Assembly (NCBI GenBank): GCA_964016885.1
Contig: OZ024742.1
Location: forward strand, 268,522,001-268,586,000
Source of the DNA: Eledone cirrhosa
Taxonomy: Eukaryota
Direction of reading: 5' to 3'
Length of the DNA stretch: 64,000 bases
Below the pieces are notes generated by a model, which saw nothing but the letters and a program-made list of their open reading frames with translations, was not told the origin of the DNA and searched no databases. A program made the translations under genes and the position numbers. Shown in pieces: positions 1 through 13,900 of the stretch (within the stretch, counting starts at the first letter, position 1; each line of letters opens with the position of its first letter).

Positions 1-90
1 GAAGAAGAAGAAGAAGAAGAAGAAGAAGAAGAAGAAGAAGAAGAAGAAGAAGAAGAAGAAGAAGAAGAAGAAGAAGAAGAAGAAGAAGAA
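1..90. repeat. (GAA)n microsatellite
   Basis: Perfect GAA array running off the window start. Confidence 0.98.
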
Positions 91-1225
91 ATTAGACTGA
101 GGTATGAAATACATAATTCTCTCCTGCGATATGTGGCATGAGTTTATTTATTAAACGGAGAAAAGATGATTTGGAAAGTATTGATAGGGAAACTACAAAA
201 TGAATGACAGTGCATAACGTACTCCACGCAAAGAGTCATGTACCAAGAATTTATATTGAAAGAAAGAATGGAGGTAGTGGATTAATGTAAAAATGATGTC
301 AAAGGCGAAGAGAACAACCAAGCTTGGTTCCTTAAAATGTTAGGGATAACATCCTGTCAAAAGTGAGAGTGCATGACTTACTGAAATATACTGATGTAGT
401 AGCACCTAATAGATGCAAAAAGAGCGTTGAAAAGGAATTTGAAAAGGAATGGAATGGTATATGTATGCATGGTCAGTACACTAGAAATAACGTAATGCAT
501 GTTGGAGGCTTAAAAATGGCAATCTGAAAGGGTGCACGAAATCTCTACGGTGCAGCACCCAGATGCAGAATCTTCGAATTAACTACAATAAACGTTATGT
601 TGATAAAGTCCCCACTTAAGCAAACATGTTTAGTTGGCGCAGTGAGAAAACAAAATACGGCATGATAATATTGCCGCATATATCCACAGGATAATATCTG
701 AGAAATGGATTGTCAAAGCACATACATGGTATGAGTAGAGACTAGAAGAGGTGTTAGAGTATGACGGGTTTAAGATTCTGTTGCTAAATGATTTAGGCAA
801 GCAGGTGAGACATTTAATTTTGAACAAGAAAAAAGAAGAGGCAAAACTATCGATATATCTGCCCCAGGAAATAATAGCGTGGCGGATAAAAAGAATGAAA
901 AGTTGGAGAAGTATGAGCCACTGAAGGAGTGTTTTGGAATTTGTGAGGAATGGTTATATGGTTAATCGGAGCTCTGGAATGCTCATCTGAGAGTTTTGAA
1001 GAATGTGTAAATAGATTCGAAATTGATACAAGATTACAGGTCCTGCAAAATATAGAAGTTCTTGGTACAACAACATTTTAAGATAAGTCTTGTTTATGTA
1101 AGATACAGGAGAGAATCTAGTGGGGAACATTTGTCAACATGTTGACTGCACCCTAACTGAAATATCTAGATCGTTTAAAATCTAAGTGTTTGAGAGTTCC
1201 AAAAATGAATCTTTATAATAAGAAC
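91..1225 (+). pseudogene. Decayed 3' part of an R4/Dong-type RLE non-LTR retrotransposon (family C)
   Basis: ~185-290 translates as DRETTK*MTVHNVLHAKSHVPRIYIERKNGGSGLM, matching HPKADIDRIYLPRKEGGRGL in the intact copy. An RLE-like IDISAPGNNSVADKKNEKLEKYEPL lies near 850-925. Many stops and frameshifts. Confidence 0.8.
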
Positions 1226-1915
1226 AACATTAAGATGTTTAGATATTGTTTTTCTGTTATATGATATATGTAATATATTATGTAGACTTATTGGAGACAG
1301 AAAATAATGCGCACTGAAACATTATATAGATGCCTCCCTCCAATGTTACAGAAAAAATATTGTTGATACTTCAATGAAAATAGTATTAATATTGCTGAGG
1401 TAACTAGACGAAAAAGCAATATGTCGATGACGGATATTTTGATCTATTAACATTAAAAAAGAAACTGTCATCGTTTATATTAGTATCTTACCAAATATAT
1501 ATTTGGTCTTGTGTAATGGAGACGTTTTTTCTTCAACTTGAAGTATATTTCATACAAACACTCGAAGACAGAAACAGTAATATATGATTTTACTTCATCT
1601 CTTCTTAGACGACTGAGTACATTTTCTTGCATTTTTCCCAAAGATGACATTTTATATTGACTATTGTAAAAGTAGTGACATACTGTTTGAAACTACTCAG
1701 CATTGAATGTTAGGTTAGCTGTTTTCCCCATTGCAGATCAGACAAAGCACACGTGTGATTGAATGTATTCCAGTCGCGCCTTTGACGTAATGATGTTTCA
1801 CATCTTAAACTTGATTAATAACTTGTAAAATTTAAAAATTATTATTATTCCAATGAATTTGTAGTTGTTTCTGTTTTTTTCTCTGATGTTTACTTGTTTT
1901 GAATACATTTATATA

Positions 1916-2041
<126 letters not shown>

Positions 2042-3276
2042 ATATTATCTTGTCTGCTTGCTTATATGATTATCGAATATTATTAATTGTTTTTAAGCAG
2101 GAACAATGATTGGAGAATATTACTTTGCTGGTATATTCTGCAGATAAATTAACCCCATAATTGTTTACAAGTAAGTAAGTAGGCAGGACAGACTGCCCCA
2201 AATTGCAGCACAGTGCATACGAAATATGTATCAAGCGTTTTTTAAGTAAACACCCTGGTGCACACATGTGCCTGCACCTATTCTTTCAATATACCTTCAT
2301 GGTATACATTAGAGGTATGCCTGTCAGTTTTTCAGTTTTTGCAAACATTTGCTGAGGTGAAAAATACGTTCATATACTACAACTACATCTACTGTTAATA
2401 GGAATTCCATTTAGGTTCATGCGCCGCTGTTCAATATAAACAATTGAACGCTATATGGTTCAGATCATTTTTGAAATGTGAAGCGGAAAGTAAATTGTAT
2501 CAGAAAAAAAGCATTATTCCACAATGTAACACTCAACTACAGGAAGATGAGTTAAAATACACGTAAAGAGGATGTTAAATTTATATTTCATGTGGTACAT
2601 ATTTATTTCTTATTATTATGAAAAGGAACGAAACAACATATGTGGCTTAGAAAGTTCCTTACGAAAGTCACACGTTTAATACGAAAGTCACACATATAAT
2701 TCCTATATATACATGTATCAGTAGATGAATATCAGGGCAAATATCTATGGCAAAAAAACCCTTTCACTTTTCAACAGAACATTTTATGTATGCCAAGAAA
2801 TGGAAAAAGTTTAACGAAGATTATAGAGGAAAAACCACCCCACCCTTCGAAACAGAATGAAAAATCACCACTCACAATTATGAAAACGCACCTCGAGACA
2901 AATACCTCTTAGTGAGCATTAACGTTTGTGTTCAACGAACAAGTTCCGCAAATTTCAGGTTTTACATTACATGGTTTTGCAAATAATACTACAGATAATG
3001 CTACGAATAAGTAAAGAAAATATATTTTTTCAAAAATACAAGCTATGTCTGAATAGAATTTAACTACTCCTCCAGCCCACGCTTATGTAACATTCTTCAC
3101 CTTGCTAATGGAATTATTAACATCATTATTATTGCTATTGCTGATTCCATTAATATGCTATCACATGGAATTCTGTACCCATACAGAGAAGAAAATAAAT
3201 TTCTACTGCTACACACACACACACAGATTGAGAAAAAGAGAAATAGAAAGACTGAGAGAGAAAGAGAGTGAAGAAA

Positions 3277-3278
<2 letters not shown>

Positions 3279-3332
<54 letters not shown>
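3279..3332. repeat. (GA)n microsatellite
   Basis: Direct reading. Confidence 0.97.
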
Positions 3333-3334
<2 letters not shown>

Positions 3335-4097
3335 CGTACTATTCTTGTTCATTTTGCCGATTGTATCATTATTAATATAGTTTTCAATATGATAGTGTTG
3401 TTTATGGTAATAATCATAATCATTATTGTTATTTTTGTTTTTGCTGTTGTTATTATTAATGTTATTGATATTCGGACATAGCAGGGGGATAACAACTAAC
3501 TACTCACACATTAAAATACATACATACATAAACAAAATTCCTGTACTTTTGAATTATTGGGATTACCAAAAAACAATACATTCTCCCCCTGTTTAATGAA
3601 CACACAAGAAAGAGGGATGAACTGATACTGTCCATGAATTGCTACTGATCCCTAATGCACAGCACTCCCGGTTTTGGCGCGAAAGTACCACCAAATTCGG
3701 TGCGTAATCACGTGTTGATCCTCAGCCTATCAAATTATATTTTAACTCGCGCCACTTCTCTGCATAAAACAAATCGATATTTGGTACGAAATTACAAGAC
3801 AATTCTGTGCCTAATAGGGTGGTCTTCCTCTATCTATGAAATTTTACTTCAAACATATCGCAAAATGAGCCACTGTTTTGCCTAAACTGAGGAAAATTCC
3901 CAACATCATTTAGAGCCGAGTTACAAATGGACATAGCCACACATCTCTATGTCACTTTAAATTTTGTAAATAATAAAACCTGTGAAACCGGTGAAGTTAT
4001 ATATAATAAATGAATAAACCTTCTTAATGACACCAATTGCATTTTCTATTTTTTTCCTATATTTTAACCTAAGTTGCATATATTAAAAACCTTACTT

Positions 4098-4145
<48 letters not shown>

Positions 4146-4481
4146 TACAATGGTCGGTGCTAAAATTCCATACCGGAATAAAAGACGCCCCTGTGAATAT
4201 TGTCTGGTGGGGTAATTGAAATAGAGAACGGAATCACCTTCTATATTCGCGGCATGATAGGATATTTAATTGCAAACACAAGGTTCTAAAACCTTCGCTT
4301 AATAAAAACTGAACTAGAACAAGATTCGATACCTAATTCCTATATTTTACTACACCCTATTTAGGACGTTTACTGTGGTATTTGAACTTTTCACACCCAC
4401 CCAAAGTATTCTATAATCCTCAAATCATTCTCAATTTCTTAATTCATTTTTCTCCCTCTCCACTCTATCCTACTCTTAACT

Positions 4482-5731
4482 TCCGAAAGAAGTCACGTGG
4501 TACAAAGGACCAGTTACTTATTGATAAGATGGTAATGAGGAATTGCCATAAGTGCAGTAAATTCCCGAGCTGTGTCTATTATTAGGTACAGTGCGGGAAT
4601 TCTGAGATGGAATGGTGCTGAACAAAAAGAAATGGATAGGAAGACTAGGAAGCTATTGACTACCTACAACATGTTCCACAAGAGGAGTGATGTCGATAGA
4701 CTCTACTTAAGGAGATCTGAAGGTGGAAGAGGTCTTATCAGCATAGAGGACTCTGTTCAGATGGAGAAAAACAACCCACACAAATACGTGACTGATAGTA
4801 AGGAGCCAATGCTCAGAACTGTACTGAAGGAGGGGACAATAGGCCAGGGGATGTCCAAGGAGGAAATAACATGAGGACAAAGAGTAGCCTTCAGGACAAA
4901 GCCTTTAATAGTACCTTCTTTGAGAAAACAGAATTTAGAGATCCACAGACATGGAACTGGTTGAAAAGAGGAGACCTTAAAAAGGCTACAAAAGGAATAT
5001 TAATGGCTGCGCAGGAGCAGGCCCTCAAAACGAAGTGGTTGAAACACCATATTTACAAAGAGGAGGCTAGCCTACTGTGCAGGATCCGTGGAGACAGAGA
5101 GGAGACTGCGGCTCACATTGTATCCGAGTGTAAACACCTAGCCCAGACTCACTATAAGGGCTGGAGACATGTTGTGATGGGCAGGGTGATCCACTGGCAC
5201 CTATCCAAAGTAATCAATTTACCACATTCTGAGAAGTGGTATGAGCATAAGCCAGAGGCGGTGATAGAAAACGATCAGGTGAATGTGCTGTGGGATTTTA
5301 GGATACAGACGGACAAGAAACTGGAACACAATAGACCTGACCTGGTGGTTGTGGACAAAGAAAAAAGATCGTGCCTGATTGTGGATGTGGCCTGCCCATT
5401 CGACACGAGAGTGCAAGAGAAGGAGAGGGAGAAAATTAACCGATACCAGGACTTAAAGTGGGAGGTAAACAGGATTTGGAACAGCCATGAAGTCAAAGTG
5501 ATCCCGAATGTCAGGCGCACTAGGGACTATCTCAAAACGTTTCCAGGGATGGTTAAAGAAAATTGGCCCCTTCACGCTTTTTGGAACGCTTCAAAAGGCA
5601 TGCTTGCTGGGAACATCTAGACCCTTCCGATACGTCCTGAATATCTGAGGCTGCAGGTAGTGGCTTGATATTCATTTCAACAAACTTTCCAGTTAACTAA
5701 CATCAATGACTGAGACTCAAAGAGTAATAAC

Positions 5732-5761
<30 letters not shown>
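4482..5761 (+). mobile_element. 5'-truncated, internally deleted R4/Dong element (family B) with (TAA)n tail
   Basis: ORF pieces [35 protein letters not shown]-like CRIRGDREETAAHIVSEC and RLE RPDLVVVD...DVACPFD...EKINRYQDLK. Highly similar to 17190-19105 and ends in TAA repeats. Confidence 0.93.
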
Positions 5762-5763
<2 letters not shown>

Positions 5764-6016
5764 CCGATTGTCATAGGCGCACTGGGGACTATCTCCAAAG
5801 GTTTCCAGGGATGGTTAAAGAAAATCGGCCCCTTCACGCTTTTTGGAACGCTTCAAAAGGCATGCTTGCTTGGAACAGCAAGAACCCTCCGATACGTCCT
5901 GAATATCTGAGGCTGCAGGTAGTGGCTTGATATTCAATCCAACGGACTTTCCAGTTAACCAACATCAATGACTGAGATTCAAGGAATAACAATAACAATA
6001 ATAATAATAATAATAA

Positions 6017-6018
<2 letters not shown>
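5762..6018 (+). mobile_element. ~230-bp 3' stub of family B directly after the TAA tail of the previous copy
   Basis: Near-identical to 5503-5730, has its own TAA tail, followed by (GAA)n. Confidence 0.92.
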
Positions 6019-6047
<29 letters not shown>

Positions 6048-6979
6048 ACGCACGAGGTGGTAGAACGTCACGAAATTGCTCCCGTAAGTTTTTTGATTTT
6101 TAACATATTTAAATCAATTGTGAAAGAACAATTCTTAGCACAAATGTTGCATAAAGGCACCGAATGAGGTCCCATAAAGTTTCGGATCCATATTATATTG
6201 TTGTATTGCTCAAATATTCAATTTTGTATTATATATTTTGTATTCAAAAAAAGAAAATGGTTATAAATGGAACAAAACACCCTCTGTCTACACTATATAG
6301 AACAGCGGCAATTTCAATTTCACCAACACCAGAAACTTGATACACTACCTATCCCATCACACTAAATATAACGGCAACTTCACCGGCATCATAATAATAA
6401 TTACTATTATTATTGTCTCAAATTTAAAAAAATGTTTAATTCAAATTTTACGGGAATATGTCAACACAAAATATAATGAAAATATATATTAAACATACGA
6501 ACACAAACTCATAGATACTATATCAGTAACCACAACACCACCGCTGCCACCACCCCACCACATCCATCATCGCCGCCACCACTCATTCAATGCTACTGAC
6601 ACTATTCCCCTGTTAACTTGAGAGAGAAAAGGGAAGGTGGTGGTAGCACTAGACAAGAGAGAGGCTAGCAAAAGATATAAATAGATTGACTTGGTGACCT
6701 TGCCACGGACAAACGTCTACATCAACAATTATGGGACTGCTGGCTCACCCCTTCCTCACCAACAATATAAAAAGCCCCGGAACCACCACCGACATAGCCA
6801 GCAGCAATAACAGCCAACTACAACAAAAAGTATATTATATTATTGTAATGCACTGGGTGATTGCTGGCCTGGAGTGGAGACAATTATTAATAATTTCATT
6901 CTTAAGCCACGCAATGCTCACATTAAGGAACCACTCATGATAATAACAATTTAAAAAAAACAACAAAAAGAAAACCCCG

Positions 6980-7110
6980 TGACCAAGAAATACTGGGATG
7001 GCGGCCGGCGGGGAATAGCCATGTCTCTAGGGGAGAACGACCCCTCTAGTCTTGGTTGACACTCGTTCTAGAAGTGGTAACACGAAAAGATTACCCCTTG
7101 GCGGATAAGG
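6980..7110 (+). ncRNA. Structured 5' leader of family A (multi-stem plus pseudoknot; ribozyme or IRES candidate)
   Basis: Pairings: gaccaaga 6981-88/tcttggtt 7050-57; atggc/gccat; ctagggg/cctctag with loop agaacga (7034-40) perfectly complementary to tcgttct (7063-69); ggtaa/ttacc; cctt/aagg. Confidence 0.55.
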
Positions 7111-7134
7111 ATAAAACGCGACAAAATAAAGTAG

Positions 7135-10100
7135 ATGTCTAATGATGAAATCTCATACCGGATCGGCCGTCACCCGGGTAAAAAAGGGCCGCGTCCCTCA
7201 GAGAGGAACCAGACTGGGGTCGAAAAATCAGCTAATGGTTCAAACCTTCCCATCACTTCGGAGCTGGAGACCTCCCATAACCGGAATACTCCTACTGTTG
7301 GCCCTCCATGCTCACCACCAAGAAATCCAAAGAAAAAGAGAGAAAAATGGTCAAGGGAAGATAATAAAGAAGTCCTTGAGGCTTTCTACACTGCCATGTA
7401 CTACCCATCAAATACATCGAATACAGAGCAAACATATATCAACTGGAAAAAGAAACATCCCGAAAACAGAGGCTATATTGACAGTAACAAACTAGCCAAT
7501 ATACGAAGAAATATTGTAAGAAAAAAGTTACTAACTGATATAGAAATTGATCAGATCAAGCTAGTAGCACAAAGTCAGCGAAGGGAAAATGAAGCATGTG
7601 TCAGTGAAAACGAGGTAAACTGTAACACTTCGAATCCCAGAGTTGGGGCGGAATCACTGGCAACAGAACAAATTAAAGAAAGGAGCGAAAAAGTGGAGGG
7701 AGTGCATGCTCAGGATGAAACTCCAAATGAAAATAATGAGATCGTAAATGATAAAGAAATGAATGAGAATGAACTTGCCAACTTGAAGGATGAAATTATG
7801 ATCGAATGGATGAAAATGAAAGAATCTGACATGGGGGAACTAGACACCCTCCCTAAGATCCAGAACTCCAAACAGAACCAAAAGATAATACACAAGACTA
7901 ACATAATTCTCAAAAACATTATCATCACAAACAAACTAAGCATTACTGACTTAAATCATCTCTATTATGCATCGGCTAAAGTCACCACTCACTTATGTGG
8001 AGTGAAGATGAAAAAACAAAGGAATTCCCACAAGAAATCTACTTGGCAAGATAACATCAATCGCCAAATAAACCTTCTCCGATCTGACATAGAAATGTTA
8101 ACAAACTATAAAGTAGGTGAACATGTTAAACAAACTAAACTTAGAAAATTGAAAAAAAAGTACAGTATAAGATCAACATGTGACATAGACATGCAGATAG
8201 AAACAATCAAGCAAAAAGTGTCGGCCAAAGCTGCTCGTATAAGGCGCTTTGAAAAACGATCTAGATTCTATAAGGACAATAATATGTTCAAAAACAACCA
8301 AAGAAACTTCTACAGAAAAATTGGTAAGTCAACAATAACTGCTAAATCAATACCACCCAAGGAGGAAGTGCAAGAATTCTGGGAAAAGATCTGGGCCGCA
8401 GAAAAAGTTCATAACATACATGCCCCATGGATAGACAGACAAATGAAAGAAACAGCTCACCTTGAAGAACAAACATGGGGAAATATAACAGTTGAACAGC
8501 TGCGCTTGGCTCTAAGAAAAACCAGCAAATGGAAATCCCCAGGAAAAGACAAAATACAAAACTTTTGGATAAATGCCTTCACAGAGTCTCATGAGCTGTT
8601 AGCCCAACTTTACAATGAAATAGTTAAGGAGCCAGAAAAGATACCATCATGGGTAGTTAACGGCATTACATTCCTGCTACCGAAGAATGATGAGACAAAC
8701 AATCCCAAAAATTACAGACCGATAACCTGCTTGACCACAATGTATAAAATTTTAACATCAGTCCTAACTGAATACACATATGACCACCTGATAACAAATG
8801 ACCTATTTCCCATTGAGCAGAAAGGGTGTAAACGAGGCTCATATGGCTGTAAGGATCAGCTTCTGGTTAACAAAATGATACTGGAAGATTGTCATAATAG
8901 ACACAAAAATCTATCGATTGCTTGGATAGATTATAAAAAAGCATTTGATAGTTTGCCACACAGTTGGATTGAAAAATGTTTAGAGATTTTCAAAATATTC
9001 CCCGTTATCAGGAGGTTTTTGTCATTCAGTATGAGGACATGGAGAACACACTCCTTTTGAATAGTGAAACAAAATCACTGGAAGCTGGAGAAGTTAACAT
9101 TAATTGTGGAATTTTTCAGGGTGACTCTTTATCACCGCTTTTATTCTGCATCGCACTTATACCATTAAGTAAAATGCTCAATGAAACAAAACATGGATAT
9201 AGAGTCTATGACAAAACCATTAATCACCTGTTCTACATGGATGACCTGAAACTATTTGCAAAAAATGATGAACAATTGCAAGGGCTATTATCCACTGTGA
9301 AGCAGTTCAGTGATGACATTAAAATGGAGTTTGGACTGGATAAATGCGCCAAAGCAACGTTCACCAGAGGAAAGCTGCTGAAGAGTTCAGACATTAATCT
9401 TGATCGGGGGAACGTGATAAGAGAGCTTGATCAAGAACAAACTTACAAATATCTAGGTGTTTGTGAAGGAGACGGAATCAAGCACTCGACAATGAGGGAA
9501 AGGATAAGGAAGGAATGTTACCGCAGAGTCAGAGCAATCTTAAGAACGGAATTGAATGCAAGGAATAGGATCGATGCCATAAACACGCTTGCCATACCAG
9601 TAGTAACCTACAGTTACAATGTCATCAACTGGTCAAGCACAGAGATCCGTAGGCTCGATACAAAAATCCGAAAATTCTTAACCATGCACAGAATGCATCA
9701 CCCTAAGGCAGACATAGATAGAATATATCTCCCTAGGAAAGAAGGAGGACGTGGGTTAATCCAGTTAGACATTGCGTTGAAAACTGCAACAATTGGATTA
9801 TCCACATATCTAAGGGAATCACATGATTGGATGATCAAACTCGTTTTGAAACACGAAAGCACCAAAAGATCATATTCCATTACAAAAGATGCACAAAGAT
9901 ACAGTAATGGACTACAAATTTCAGAAGTCCCATTTACTGCTGAAATGGAAAACACAGAAAAAGCAAAGCAGGTAAAAGTAACTGCAAAGAAAGAACTGCT
10001 ACAGAAACTGGCTAAGAAATGGCAAGAAAAGCCTCTGTATGGAAAATACCCAGAGCGAGCTAACAATCCTGATGTTGACAAAACTTTAACCCATCAGTGG

Positions 10101-10784
10101 TTGGCATCCTCTGGACTGAAATCGGAGACTGAAGGACTGATTATATCCGCACAAGATCAGTGTCTGCCAACAAAAAATTACCAAGCCAACATAATAAAAA
10201 ATGGGTGCAGCCCATTATGCCGTGTATGCAAAAAACAACCAGAGACCATTGACCATATAATTTCAATGTGCAGTCCTATAGCTCCAACCGAATACCTAAA
10301 CAGGCATGACAGAGCTGCACAATACATACATTGGATAATGTGCAAGCATTTTGACCTGCCCCATCAAAAGAATTGGTGGGAGCATCAACCACCTCCCATA
10401 CTTGAAAAAGATCACATCTCAATCTTGTGGAACTTTAGCATCCAAACAGACCGAAAAATAGATGCAAATAGACCTGATATAATATTGAAGGACTTTCAAA
10501 GGAGGGTATGCCTGCTAATTGATATGTCTGTTCCAATAAACAAGAATGTATCTATAAAAACATTTGAAAAATTGAGCAAGTATAAGGACCTGGAGATAGA
10601 AATTGGAAAAATGTGGAAATTGAGAACTAAAACAATACCAGTGGTTGTAGGCGCTCTGGGAATGATACCTAAGGGGTCTAACGACTACTTATCGCAAATC
10701 CCAGGAAACCCGCGTATAGGAGAAATACAAAAGATAGTACTAATGGGAACTGCCCATATACTAAGGAAGATCCTGTCAATATAA
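7135..10784 (+). pseudogene. RT-RLE polyprotein (~1216 aa if one 1-nt deletion near 9045 is repaired)
   Basis: ORFs 7135-9060 and 8976-10784. Myb-like KWSREDNKEVLEAFY, RT motifs [31 protein letters not shown] and YMDDLKL, zinc knuckle CRVC-X7-HIISMC, RHD, and RLE RPDII...LIDMSVP...EKLSKY. Copy 2 reads through the frameshift (ggaaaacgacactcc vs ggagaacacactcc). Confidence 0.95.
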
Positions 10785-10924
10785 GTACATCACAAGTCTA
10801 AACACTAAGGATGCATGTGTGAATATGTGTGTTCTTTCTTGAACATGGCGGACCTTGTTGTCTCTTGAGGTCACTGGTTGTGACTTGGTGATAACTCGTA
10901 TAAACATAGAGCAAGATAAATGCA

Positions 10925-10954
<30 letters not shown>

Positions 10955-10960
<6 letters not shown>

Positions 10961-13900
10961 GTTACTAACTGATATAGAAATTGATCAGATCAAGCTAGTA
11001 GCACAAAGTCAGCGAAGGGAAAATGAAGCATGTGTCAGTGAAAACGAGGTAAACTGTAACACTTCGAATCCCAGAGTTGGGGCGGAATCACTGGCAACAG
11101 AACAAATTAAAGAAAGGAGCGAAAAAGTGGAGGGAGTGCATGCTCAGGATGAAACTCCAAATGAAAATAATGAGATCGTAAATGATAAAGAAATGAATGA
11201 GAATGAACTTGCCAACTTGAAGGATGAAATTATGATCGAATGGATGAAAATGAAAGAATCTGACATGGGGGAACTAGACACCCTCCCTAAGATCCAGAAC
11301 TCCAAACAGAACCAAAAGATAATACACAAGACTAACATAATTCTCAAAAACATTATCATCACAAACAAACTAAGCATTACTGACTTAAATCATCTCTATT
11401 ATGCATCGGCTAAAGTCACCACTCACTTATGTGGAGTGAAGATGAAAAAACAAAGGAATTCCCACAAGAAATCTACTTGGCAAGATAACATCAATCGCCA
11501 AATAAACCTTCTCCGATCTGACATAGAAATGTTAACAAACTATAAAGTAGGTGAACATGTTAAACAAACTAAACTTAGAAAATTGAAAAAAAAGTACAGT
11601 ATAAGATCAACATGTGACATAGACATGCAGATAGAAACAATCAAGCAAAAAGTGTCGGCCAAAGCTGCTCGTATAAGGCGCTTTGAAAAACGATCTAGAT
11701 TCTATAAGGACAATAATATGTTCAAAAACAACCAAAGAAACTTCTACAGAAAAATTGGTAAGTCAACAATAACTGCTAAATCAATACCACCCAAGGAGGA
11801 AGTGCAAGAATTCTGGGAAAAGATCTGGGCCGAAGAAAAAGTTCATAACATACATGCCCCATGGATAGACAGACAAATGAAAGAAACAGCTCACCTTGAA
11901 GAACAAACATGGGAAAATATAACAGTTGAACAGCTGCGCTTGGCTCTAAGAAAAACCAGCAAATGGAAATCCCCAGGAAAAGACAAAATACAAAACTTTT
12001 GGATAAATGCCTTCACAGAGTCTCATGAGCTGTTAGCCCAACTTTACAATGAAATAGTTAAGGAGCCAGAAAAGATACCATCATGGCTAGTTAACGGCAT
12101 TACATTCCTGCTACCGAAGAATGATGAGACAAAAAATCCCCAAAATTACAGACCGATAACCTGCTTGACCACAATGTATAAAATTTTAACATCAGTCCTA
12201 ACTGAATACACATATGACCACCTGATAACAAATGACCTATTTCCCATTGAGCAGAAAGGGTGTAAACGAGGCTCATATGGCTGTAAGGATCAGCTTCTGG
12301 TTAACAAAATGATACTGGAAGATTGTCATAATAGACACAAAAATCTATCGATTGCTTGGATAGATTATAAAAAAGCATTTGATAGTTTGCCACACAGTTG
12401 GATTGAAAAATGTTTAGAGATTTTCAAAATATCGCCCGTTATCAGGAGGTTTTTGTCATTCAGTATGAGGACATGGAAAACGACACTCCTTTTAAATAGT
12501 GAAACAAAATCACTGGAAGCTGGAGAAGTTAACATTAATTGTGGAATTTTTCAGGGTGACTCTTTATCACCGCTTTTATTCTGCATCGTACTTATACCAT
12601 TAAGTAAAATGCTCAATGAAACAAAACATGGATATAGAGTCTATGACAAAACCATTAATCACCTGTTCTACATGGATGACCTGAAACTATTTGCAAAAAA
12701 TGATGAACAATTGCAAGGGCTATTATCCACTGTGAAGCAGTTCAGTGATGACATTAAAATGGAGTTTGGTCTGGATAAATGCGCCAAAGCAACGTTCACC
12801 AGAGGAAAGCTGCTGAAGAGTTCAGACATTAATCTTGATCGGGGGAACGTGATAAGAGAGCTTGATCAAGAACAAACTTACAAATATCTAGGGGTTTGTG
12901 AAGGAGACGGAATCAAGCACTCGACAATGAGGGAAAGGATAAGGAAGGAATGTTACCGCAGAGTCAGAGCAATCTTAAGAACGGAATTGAATGCAAGGAA
13001 TAGGATCGATGCCATAAACACGCTTGCCATACCAGTAGTAACCTACAGTTACAATGTCATCAACTGGTCAAGCACAGAGATCCGTAGGCTCGATACAAAA
13101 ATCCGAAAATTCTTAACCGTGCACAGAATGCATCACCCTAAGGCAGACATAGATAGAATATATCTCCCTAGGAAAGAAGGAGGACGTGGGTTAATCCAGT
13201 TAGACATTGCGTTGAAAACTGCAACAATTGGATTATCCACATATCTAAGGGAATCACATGATTGGATGATCAAACTCGTTTTGAAACACGAAAGCACCAA
13301 AAGATCATATTCCATTACAAAAGATGCACAAAGATACAGTAATGGACTACAAATTTCAGAAGTCCCATTTACTGCTGAAATGGAAAACACAGAAAAAGCA
13401 AAGCAGGTAAAAGTAACTGCAAAGAAAGAACTGCTACAGAAACTGGCTAAGAAATGGCAAGAAAAGCCTCTGTATGGAAAATACCCAGAGCGAGCTAACA
13501 ATCCTGATGTTGACAAAACTTTAACCCATCAGTGGTTGGCATCCTCTGGACTGAAATCGGAGACTTAAGGACTGATTATATCCGCACAAGATCAGTGTCT
13601 GCCAACAAAAAATTACCAAGCCAACATAATAAAAAATGGGTGCAGCCCATTATGCCGTGTATGCAAAAAACAACCAGAGACCATTGACCATATAATTTCA
13701 ATGTGCAGTCCTATAGCTCCAACCGAATACCTAAACAGGCATGACAGAGCTGCACAATACATGCATTGGATAATGTGTAAGCATTTTGACCTGCCCCATC
13801 AAAAGAATTGGTGGGAGCATCAACCACCTCCCATACTTGAAAAAGATCACATCTCAATCTTGTGGAACTTTAGCATCCAAACAGACCGAAAAATAGATGC

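Larger units (their letters stand above)
6975..10955 (+). mobile_element. Full-length R4/Dong-clade RLE non-LTR retrotransposon (family A, copy 1)
   Basis: Structured 5' leader, one long ORF broken by a single frameshift, ~140-nt 3' UTR and (TAA)n tail. No APE domain; C-terminal restriction-like endonuclease. Confidence 0.95.
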
